Translations under genes and position numbers: made by a program
In this document: positions 7,036 through 13,690 of the stretch, piece after piece
How the letters are laid out: every line of letters begins with the position of its first letter
Numbering within the stretch: the first letter of the stretch is position 1
Origin: a virus
Taxonomy: Duplodnaviria; Heunggongvirae; Uroviricota; Caudoviricetes
Virus record (IMG/VR): IMGVR_UViG_3300031555_010707
DNA: 16,199 nucleotides
Direction: 5' to 3' (one strand)
The notes under the pieces: generated by a model
What the model saw: only the letters and a program-made list of their open reading frames with translations
The model's database searches: none
Told to the model about the DNA's origin: nothing

Positions 7036-7298
7036 GGACTCGTAGCTCTCTCTCTCTCTCTCTCTCTGCCTTCGGCAGCATAGTGTTCAACCTCAATGCC
7101 CCAACGTCTTTTGATGATTTCGTCGGCTTTTGCCTTGAATTCGACCATCGGAGGTAAATCAGCCGGAATGGTGTCGGTTGCCCATACTTCTGCATGGATA
7201 ATCCGATCCAGCGGCCAACCAAGTTGTTCTATTGCACCGAGACAGGCAAGGCTGTCCTTGCCGTATGAGAGAGACAGGATATGCTCCGTCCTATCCAT
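6801..7298 (-). CDS. PAPS-reductase/DndC-like protein, N-terminal reading frame (PP-loop plus cassette 2 in frame), stops at 6801
   Basis: PP-loop LSLSYGKDS; reads RERERER through the (AG)11 tract, then LTYESVFY...GFPMIRGAWCNDRLK, then TGA. Confidence 0.8.
   Translation of the reverse strand: MDRTEHILSLSYGKDSLACLGAIEQLGWPLDRIIHAEVWATDTIPADLPPMVEFKAKADEIIKRRWGIEVEHYAAEGRERERERATSPCSIKRSHQVSSSAQSEASLWCEEHGARSSNTEARLTYESVFYKARTSGTRKDQIYGFPMIRGAWCNDRLKMAALSTF
6809..7044 (-). repeat. Diverged tandem duplication, 118-nt period, two peptide cassettes in different frames
   Basis: Cassette 1 starts with TAC at 7044 (YESMFYQTLTSGKFIGSIRGFPMVRGAWCKKLK); cassette 2 starts with TAC at 6926 (YESVFYKARTSGTRKDQIYGFPMIRGAWCNDRLK). 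TGG codons at 6963 and 6845, also 118 nt apart. Confidence 0.92.
7046..7067 (-). repeat. Intragenic dinucleotide microsatellite (AG)11
   Basis: Plus strand (CT)11 at 7046-7067; the only long simple sequence repeat seen in the window. Confidence 0.97.
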
Positions 7299-7301
7299 AT
7301 C

Positions 7302-7688
7302 TCAGATTTCCTTTATTTCAATCAGATCGCTGAATCGTTCTTTGATTGCTTCATTGAATTGTACTATGACGTTTTGCTCAACCCATTCGTAGACATACTG
7401 GTACGCCAAAGCCTTTCTGCGATGATTCTTATATTCACGCGAACGCAATCCACGCTTTGCTACTCTGGTCATTGGGAATCCCAATCTGCGCTTGACATTG
7501 TTAGGCATCAGAAAAAGAAGCTCCTGCTCGGAGCATTTCCTTAATAAAGAGATTCCGAATGGATACTTGAGGAAAAATTTGCAAATCTTTGCTTTGTGCC
7601 CATAAGCAAGTTGATATAACAGGTCTGGATGAATAATTGTATTATTGCAAGAGAAGGTAGCTGTACTGCACAACTTTATGCTTTTCAT
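7302..7688 (-). CDS. Hypothetical basic protein, 128 aa
   Basis: Track ORF 7302..7721; start ATG 7688 overlaps the upstream stop as ATGA. No family recognised. Confidence 0.75.
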   Translation of the reverse strand: MKSIKLCSTATFSCNNTIIHPDLLYQLAYGHKAKICKFFLKYPFGISLLRKCSEQELLFLMPNNVKRRLGFPMTRVAKRGLRSREYKNHRRKALAYQYVYEWVEQNVIVQFNEAIKERFSDLIEIKEI

Positions 7689-7909
7689 CGCAAGATCCAC
7701 TCCTGCTTGCTGGTATCCCATTCGTAGGTCAATCCATCATAGCTGCGGCATTCGAGGAACAGCTCGCCATACATGCGAAGGTTCTTTGGATCGGAAATAA
7801 AGGCCAACGCCTCTGCTTCGTTTCGGAAGGTTTTCACCTTGCTGTACGAAGAATGACCGTTAGTGACATCGTAGCTATCCTCACGGAGCACTACATACTT
7901 CGATTTCAT
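7685..7909 (-). CDS. Hypothetical protein, 74 aa, paralogous to the NADAR C-terminal extension
   Basis: SD AGGAG before ATG 7909 (MKSKYVVL); gapless match of FxNExxAL...G.T..W.{6}WIxR to aa 160-206 of the NADAR protein. Confidence 0.8.
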   Translation of the reverse strand: MKSKYVVLREDSYDVTNGHSSYSKVKTFRNEAEALAFISDPKNLRMYGELFLECRSYDGLTYEWDTSKQEWILR

Positions 7910-7947
7910 GGTATCTCTCCTATAAAATGTTCGTTTTATGAAAGGTA

Positions 7948-8451
7948 TCAAGGTTGATAAAGCACGATTTTTCCAGCTTTTTGACTTTCTTGAATATCGA
8001 TGATCCGCTGATTGCGGCTTCCGCGATAACTCAGCGTAATATCTCTCTGATCTAAGATAAACGGCCCGTCAACGAGCACATCACACATGACCAGAAGCTC
8101 GCGCATCGAAGGATCTGCGATGATTTCTTCGTAAGTAAAGCCGCTATATACCCACACCGTAGATGCAGGCGACAGCTCTTTCAGTTCTTTGATGAACGGG
8201 ATGATAGAATCTGCTGAATACATCGGATCTCCTCCGCTTAATGTGACGCCCGAAACAAAAGGCGTCTCTCTGACGTATTCTGCAATCTGTTCCTGAATCT
8301 CAGAACCAAATGATTTGCCGGTTTTGAAATCGTGAGACTCCGGGTTGTGACATCCTTTGCAATGATGATTACATCCGCTGAAGAAAATCACAACCCGAAC
8401 GCCATCGCCATCAACGATGGATTCAAAGTTGATGCCGACGATATTTGCCAT
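7948..8451 (-). CDS. nrdG: Anaerobic ribonucleotide reductase activating protein
   Basis: ESIVDGDGVR, FSGCNHHCKGCHN (CxxxCxxC), LSGGDP, DVLVDGPF, GSRNQRII; TAATG-coupled to nrdD. Confidence 0.97.
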   Translation of the reverse strand: MANIVGINFESIVDGDGVRVVIFFSGCNHHCKGCHNPESHDFKTGKSFGSEIQEQIAEYVRETPFVSGVTLSGGDPMYSADSIIPFIKELKELSPASTVWVYSGFTYEEIIADPSMRELLVMCDVLVDGPFILDQRDITLSYRGSRNQRIIDIQESQKAGKIVLYQP

Positions 8452-10697
8452 TAGGCACCGCCTTGCGCGAAGGAGGAATAGTTGCTGTGCTTGACTCTAT
8501 CCAAGCATTCTGCAATCTTGCCCTGATTGAATCTCCTGAAATCGCTGGTCAGATAGCCGGTAACACGGCGCAGACGCTGGATTTCGGTGTTGCCACAACG
8601 CGGACAGTTATATTCGATTTCTCCTTGATAGCCACATTTCAGGCAGGTATCAATCGGGAAATTGAAGGCAAGGTATGGAATATCCAGAGACATTGCGTAA
8701 TCAACGATGCTTGCAATTGCCTTCTGGTTCTGCATAACAGCAGATTCCAATTCGATATATGTAATACAGCCAGCAGTAGCGTACTTGCAGAAGGGCGCTT
8801 CAGTTTCCAGTTTCTTATTGATAGAAACCTTCTGCCATACAGGCACATGATGGCTGTTGGTGATATACTCCCTGTCAGTGATATGCGGAAGCACACCAAA
8901 TTCATCTCTGAGAGCTTTCGCATAGGTACGGCACAAGGATTCTGCCGGGGTTGCATAGCAACCGAAGTTCAGATTGTGGCGCTCAGAAGCATCCTTTGCC
9001 CACTGATAAATGTGCGCAACGACAGACAGAGCAAAATCGTGAACCTTCGGATCTTCAGAGTGATCTTTTCCGAACAGAGCCTGACACATTTCAGCAATGC
9101 CGATATAGCCCATTGCGAGCGTTCCGTGCTTCATAGATTCATAGACGCCCTTGAAATTGGCTTCCTTGTAATCCGCAACCGTACCATTCTGATACATGAA
9201 TGGAGCGCACTGAACGGGCTGGGCGCAGATATGATAGAAGCGGTCAACCAGAGAGGTTTCGGTTAACGCGAGTACCTCATCCAGCTCCTGCCAGAATCCT
9301 GCAATATCCGCAACTTTACGTTCGCCCAAGCAGATGCCATGACGAATACCGATCTTGGGAAGATTCATGGTAGTCGGGCAAACATTGCCGCGACCGATCT
9401 TGGAATATCCAAGGCCGTGACGATCTCTGCCCATCATGGTGCGGCATCCCATCGTTGCGCATTCCGTGTCAGGATCACCGGGAGTTTCTTCATTCTGTGA
9501 GAAATCGCAGTTGACGATATTAGGGTAGATACGATGAGACAAAGACTTCTCAGCAAGCTGACGCAGATCATAGTTCGGCGTACCAGGCTTATCGTTAACG
9601 CCTTTCTTGTACTTGAAGATAGAGATCGGGAAAATTGAGGTCAGATTATACTTGCCGATACCTGCGAGGCTTGCCTCCAGCATCCAGCGCGTAACGAGTC
9701 TGCCTTCAGGAGAAGTGTCAGTGCCAAAGTTGATAGAAGAAAAAGGAACCTGACTGCCGGCGCGTGATTCAAGGGTGTTCAGATTATGATACAGTCCCTG
9801 AGCGGCCTGCCGTCCTTCCTTCTCCAGCATATCCATTGCATACTGCTTTGCCTTGGGGAAAGCGTTGAAGTTCGGATGTTCGATGCTTGCCATCGTCTTA
9901 ATACAGGTATCGTACCAATCATCGGGGAGACGAATTGCCTGCTTCTCTTCCTCAGTGACCAGATACTTGACGCCTTCCCTAAAGTGCTTGTAGAAACTCT
10001 TCTTCACATAGGGCGCAAGATCATAATCGATATGGGCGGAAGCAACACCTCCGAACTGAACCTGTGACTGACACTGGAAAATAACAGCGACAAGCTGACA
10101 GGCAGTAGAGAAACTATTCGCCGCACGGACATCACCGTTTCGGGTGCTGAACCCCTGACCCAGTAGTAGCTTCAGATCAGCAAACAGGCAGTTGTGGCTG
10201 CCGATGTCGTATTCAGAAAGGTCATGAATGTAGATTCTTGATTCACGGTGCGCCCGAGAGGTTTCAGGTCGCATAAAGGCATTCAGAGAAATGTTCTTGT
10301 GCAGGATATTTGCGCTTTCAAACTTCTTGCCGCTGAAACTGATTTCATCAATGTTGGCATTGGAGTTCTGGACATTGGTTCCGCAGATTACATTCTCAAT
10401 CTGCCGATTGATCTTGCTATTGCGTTCTCGATCCTGACTGCGCTTTTCACGGTATGTAATGTATTCCTTGGCCGTCTGCTTGAGCGAAGATTTCATCAAC
10501 TTCATCTCAACCATATCCTGTATCTGCTCAACTTCCAGAATATCTGCGGGGAAATTTGCAATCTCATCTGCAATTTTCTCAACAATTTCTGGGCTGTTTT
10601 GACCAGCACGCTTCATAGCATGACCAATTGCTTCGATGATTTTGTGCTTGTTGAATGGCTCAACCCTGCCATCCCTTTTCTTGATTTCAGTTACCAC
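8451..10697 (-). CDS. nrdD: Class III anaerobic ribonucleoside-triphosphate reductase, 748 aa
   Basis: N-terminal ATP cone (KKRDGRVEPFNKHKI), HNCL, MGCRT, Zn site CLKC/CPRC, glycyl-radical motif RRVTGYL; SD AGGAGG with GTG start. No intron or intein evident. Confidence 0.98.
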   Translation of the reverse strand: MVTEIKKRDGRVEPFNKHKIIEAIGHAMKRAGQNSPEIVEKIADEIANFPADILEVEQIQDMVEMKLMKSSLKQTAKEYITYREKRSQDRERNSKINRQIENVICGTNVQNSNANIDEISFSGKKFESANILHKNISLNAFMRPETSRAHRESRIYIHDLSEYDIGSHNCLFADLKLLLGQGFSTRNGDVRAANSFSTACQLVAVIFQCQSQVQFGGVASAHIDYDLAPYVKKSFYKHFREGVKYLVTEEEKQAIRLPDDWYDTCIKTMASIEHPNFNAFPKAKQYAMDMLEKEGRQAAQGLYHNLNTLESRAGSQVPFSSINFGTDTSPEGRLVTRWMLEASLAGIGKYNLTSIFPISIFKYKKGVNDKPGTPNYDLRQLAEKSLSHRIYPNIVNCDFSQNEETPGDPDTECATMGCRTMMGRDRHGLGYSKIGRGNVCPTTMNLPKIGIRHGICLGERKVADIAGFWQELDEVLALTETSLVDRFYHICAQPVQCAPFMYQNGTVADYKEANFKGVYESMKHGTLAMGYIGIAEMCQALFGKDHSEDPKVHDFALSVVAHIYQWAKDASERHNLNFGCYATPAESLCRTYAKALRDEFGVLPHITDREYITNSHHVPVWQKVSINKKLETEAPFCKYATAGCITYIELESAVMQNQKAIASIVDYAMSLDIPYLAFNFPIDTCLKCGYQGEIEYNCPRCGNTEIQRLRRVTGYLTSDFRRFNQGKIAECLDRVKHSNYSSFAQGGA

Positions 10698-10710
10698 TTT
10701 GAGCCTCCTG

Positions 10711-11004
10711 TTATGTATTGATATAAGCGCCTTGCCCCGACAAGAATAGATTTAATCCGCCGATGGCATTCTGCATAGCGCTGATACGATTTTCCATAGA
10801 GGCAATTTGTGTTTTCACATGTTCCTCATTACTGGAAATATAATATCCCTTTTGATCCGAACAGACGGGAATACCAGAGCTTCGCATCTGGTTGATATAC
10901 CGTCTGACCTCAGCGCCTTTGATTCCAAGTCGCTGAGAAATTCCTGAAGCCGTGATTCTTTGGTGAATGTCACGCGGAATCAAATTAAGAACCATGTCAT
11001 ACAT
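10711..11004 (-). CDS. Winged helix-turn-helix DNA-binding protein, 97 aa
   Basis: ITASGISQRLGIKGAEVRRYINQMRSSGIPVCS...KGYYI pattern; SD GGGAGG upstream. Confidence 0.75.
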   Translation of the reverse strand: MYDMVLNLIPRDIHQRITASGISQRLGIKGAEVRRYINQMRSSGIPVCSDQKGYYISSNEEHVKTQIASMENRISAMQNAIGGLNLFLSGQGAYINT

Positions 11005-11620
11005 GAGCTACTTCCTCCCTGTGTATTGGGGCACTTGCAAGTTGCTCATAGGCTTCATCGTAATGCTGCGTGATTTTTGAGATTCGTTCATAGACTTCTT
11101 TCCATGTATGCACGCGAATCCATTTACTCTCATGATTGGCTCGATTATGTGGAGCATCCATCAGGAACGGCTGAGAAATATCGCTATTCCAATTCATGAG
11201 GTTATGCGGCGCATCATCGATGATGAAATCACCACGCACCATGCTCTTGTTATGAGCAACGATTACATCCGTCCATTTGAGAAATGGGAAATGCCGAAAT
11301 AACGCAAGCTCCATCTTGTCCTGTAAGCCTTTGTAGTGCGACGCAGTGCAAATGTAAACATGATGCCCATCGTCAATAAGTCTTTTTACATATTCAACCG
11401 CGCCTGGCTTTGGCATTACTGTTTTCCAGAATTCTCTCAAAGACAAAGGAGCAAAAATTTCTTCTTTTGCAAGAGTTGGAAAAGCAATGCTCATATCCCA
11501 TTCTGTAACAGATTCAGGATCGACATTAAGTCCATGAGACGTATTGAGCCACTGTACCCAAGCGGGCACAAGCGACTCAAGCGTATCGTCCATGTCGATC
11601 AGAATATCGAAACTCCTCAT
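10997..11620 (-). CDS. HAD-superfamily 5'(3')-deoxyribonucleotidase (NT5C-like), 207 aa
   Basis: ILIDMDDTL (DxDxT), PKPGAVE, ICTAS, K...GDFIIDDAPHN; ATGA overlap. Confidence 0.9.
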   Translation of the reverse strand: MRSFDILIDMDDTLESLVPAWVQWLNTSHGLNVDPESVTEWDMSIAFPTLAKEEIFAPLSLREFWKTVMPKPGAVEYVKRLIDDGHHVYICTASHYKGLQDKMELALFRHFPFLKWTDVIVAHNKSMVRGDFIIDDAPHNLMNWNSDISQPFLMDAPHNRANHESKWIRVHTWKEVYERISKITQHYDEAYEQLASAPIHREEVAHV

Positions 11621-12933
11621 GCGGCAGGCTCCTGATCCTCATGACTCCAGTTGCTGACCATATTGATGACGCACTGATTCAGATCATCAAGGTTGCCATT
11701 GTTTACGATAGTCTCGTCGGGAACCACGTCTTTTAGAGCTGTCTCAGAAGGATGGTTGCGCTGTTCCTCGGTAAGGTCGTTTTCGACAGGACGAGTGATG
11801 TGTATATGCTGGACATCAAATCCAGCCTTCTTCAATTCACTGATCTCGTTCGGGAATCTTACATCGGGAATAAGCACATAATCCCATTCATTGGGAAACA
11901 GCTTCAAAACTTTAATGATAAAGGCAACCCAGAAGTCAGGTTCCTGCTTACGAATTACGTCAGTACCAACATATTGCAGAACATGACGACCCTTCTCATC
12001 TTTCTGACCATCCCAACCGAAGAGGGACTTACACATGAATTTGAGAAGATCAGCATTATGAATCGTGAGAACACGATGGTTCCACTCTTCTTCCAGTTCT
12101 CTCTTCATCATGTCAGCCGTTGTATCCTTACCGGCTCTTGCCTGACCAGAGATGCAAACTACCTTTGCGTGCTGCTTCTGAACAGGCTCCTTGACGAAGA
12201 TCAATTCGTCTACAAGGGGCAGCGTTTTGACCCATGCCATGAAATGAACCAAGGTCGGATCATCTTTGCCAGACCATTCATTCTGCTTATGGCCTTTGCG
12301 CTGACGAGTCATAGCAAAAATATTCTCGTATGTCAGCGTAACGGTACGCATCTGAAGCCAGGATTCAGGCAGCCAGCGAATCAGCTCCTTCCAATACTTC
12401 TTGGCGAGCTTCTTGTCCGTATCTTTATAACGCAGATAGAGCTGACGAAGCTGTTCCAGGTCATCGATAAAGTTATCGACTCTCATGCTGAGACTTGCTT
12501 CGTCAATCATATCAAGACCTTTGCAGAAGTCATCCGTTTCAAAGCAATCAATCGTGATGGGAGTCGTATGAATGGTGTGCATTGTTGAGGTGGAATTGGC
12601 AGTAGTGCCAACCTTATATGTATCGAATTCCTTCCACCAATAAAGAGGTGCCGTAATATCAACAGACACAAAAATCTGGCGGAGGAACTTACGATGCTCA
12701 CTGCCCCCCTTAATGAGAGTTTGTGCGAGCTTCAAATCCTTGGGGCCGATATATGGAATACAGGGCTTACCAAAGCCGTCGAAATAGCTGCAATGTTCGC
12801 AATGCTGATTTGGGTCATCGGAGTGACAATCATCCGAGAAGTTACTGTCACTGAGATGCCAGCTGTTCTTCGGATTTCTCATACCTCGAAAGGCATGTTC
12901 AAAACCCCATACTTGGGTTCTTTCAAACTTCAT
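11617..12933 (-). CDS. Fusion: divergent ThyX-like (flavin-dependent thymidylate synthase-like) domain plus deoxynucleoside monophosphate kinase, 438 aa
   Basis: aa 1-246: HRKFLRQIFVSVDITAPLYWWKEFDTYKVGTTANSTS, LPESWLQMRTVTLTYENI, QRKGHKQNEW. aa ~255-438: P-loop SGQARAGKDT, RHVLQYVGTD, IPDVRFPNE, HPSE, IVNNG. Confidence 0.8.
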   Translation of the reverse strand: MKFERTQVWGFEHAFRGMRNPKNSWHLSDSNFSDDCHSDDPNQHCEHCSYFDGFGKPCIPYIGPKDLKLAQTLIKGGSEHRKFLRQIFVSVDITAPLYWWKEFDTYKVGTTANSTSTMHTIHTTPITIDCFETDDFCKGLDMIDEASLSMRVDNFIDDLEQLRQLYLRYKDTDKKLAKKYWKELIRWLPESWLQMRTVTLTYENIFAMTRQRKGHKQNEWSGKDDPTLVHFMAWVKTLPLVDELIFVKEPVQKQHAKVVCISGQARAGKDTTADMMKRELEEEWNHRVLTIHNADLLKFMCKSLFGWDGQKDEKGRHVLQYVGTDVIRKQEPDFWVAFIIKVLKLFPNEWDYVLIPDVRFPNEISELKKAGFDVQHIHITRPVENDLTEEQRNHPSETALKDVVPDETIVNNGNLDDLNQCVINMVSNWSHEDQEPAA

Positions 12934-12961
12934 AAGTCACCATCTTTCTGAAAAGGGCTTG

Positions 12962-12990
12962 AAAAAGCAGCGCGATATTTCACGCGCTGC
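12962..12990 (-). terminator. Rho-independent terminator
   Basis: Minus strand GCAGCGCG-tgaaatat-CGCGCTGC (8-bp GC stem) followed by TTTTT; begins 6 nt after the stop of the 54-aa ORF. Confidence 0.8.
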
Positions 12991-12996
12991 AATAAC

Positions 12997-13161
12997 TCAA
13001 TTCTTCCGGTTCTTTCTGCTGACAACAAGATCTGTGAAGTTCTTAATTGTCAGAATAAGCCAGTATGCAACGATAAATGCCCACATGTTTTGCTGCTGCA
13101 AAAGGCCAGCGAACACAATCGCTGCATCGATACCGAGAAGGAAGATAAGAAACTGGCTCAC
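12997..13161 (-). CDS. Small two-TM membrane protein, 54 aa (not in ORF track)
   Basis: GTG start overlapping the upstream TGA (GTGA), SD GGGTG; MSQFLIFLLGIDAAIVFAGLLQQQNMWAFIVAYWLILTIKNFTDLVVSRKNRKN*. Confidence 0.75.
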   Translation of the reverse strand: MSQFLIFLLGIDAAIVFAGLLQQQNMWAFIVAYWLILTIKNFTDLVVSRKNRKN

Positions 13162-13385
13162 TTCTTATCACCCGTAATAGGCTGGCCATCGGCAAGCTTA
13201 GTGCAGATTTTGCAGAAAGCAATGACGTCTTCCAGTCTCTGTTCAACGGTTTTGCTTTCGTCGGTTGCCTTATCAAGAACAACCTTACACATAGCATATG
13301 CACCCTGCGCGACTCCTGCGGTATGTTGCTTTTGCAAGCCGCCCGTTACGACGCGCTTGAATACCTGATCGTTATGTTTTGCCAT
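13158..13385 (-). CDS. Hypothetical protein, 75 aa
   Basis: SD GGAGG before ATG 13385; coupled to the downstream ORF. Confidence 0.75.
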   Translation of the reverse strand: MAKHNDQVFKRVVTGGLQKQHTAGVAQGAYAMCKVVLDKATDESKTVEQRLEDVIAFCKICTKLADGQPITGDKK

Positions 13386-13414
13386 GAATACCTCCGCAGC
13401 CTTATGACTGCTTA

Positions 13415-13690
13415 TTATGTATTATCAAAGTCCTCTGCAAGAAGTTCTGTCTCACAGAGATCGACTTCTCCTCGGAGCTTGTATTCTCCCTTGTTCGGAG
13501 AAACTTTGCATCCGGGAATAAAGCTGTCCATCAGCTTATCGAAACAGTCAATGCAGATATGCGCTTCAAGATGTGTCAGGTCATACTTGGAACCGTAGCC
13601 AACATGATAGTCAAAGCCAAAGTCCTCCTGCTCGTCCAGTTCATCAAACACCTTTCCGCACACATTACAGACCAATTTTGCCTTAAGCAA
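13415..13690 (-). CDS. Small putative zinc-binding protein, 91 aa
   Basis: CNVC...CIDC pair; likely TTG start at 13690 with GAGG upstream (track start 13780 lies inside the phosphoesterase gene). Confidence 0.75.
   Translation of the reverse strand: MLKAKLVCNVCGKVFDELDEQEDFGFDYHVGYGSKYDLTHLEAHICIDCFDKLMDSFIPGCKVSPNKGEYKLRGEVDLCETELLAEDFDNT

Noticed and set aside
7007-7222. 71-aa third-frame ORF across the (AG) tract
   Set aside because: No SD or motifs; it only represents the truncating frame reached at (AG)9 or (AG)12.
6358-7298. Simple pseudogene or DGR (TR/VR) explanation for the split PAPS-like gene
   Set aside because: Both copies keep amino acids while changing synonymous sites, and the differences are not confined to adenines; no reverse transcriptase in the window. 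An assembly error in the tract length is not excluded but would not explain cassette 2.
7921-7938. AT-rich inverted repeat ATAAAA-CGAACA-TTTTAT next to an SD, containing a LexA-like half site
   Set aside because: Only a 6-bp AT stem, no U tail and no second GTTC half site; too weak to call a terminator or SOS box.
8445-9266. 273-aa plus-strand ORF
   Set aside because: Entirely antisense to nrdD, no recognisable motifs or SD; shadow ORF.
8451-10697. Possible intron or intein in nrdD (a common insertion target in phages)
   Set aside because: Continuous 748-aa ORF of normal size with all motifs in order.
12320-12345. LTYENIF in the ThyX-like protein resembling LTYESVF of cassette 2; also GFPM in ORF 7302..7688
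   Set aside because: Short matches in unrelated contexts with no flanking similarity; chance.
11752-12588. 278-aa plus-strand ORF
   Set aside because: Antisense to the ThyX-like/kinase gene; no motifs; shadow ORF.
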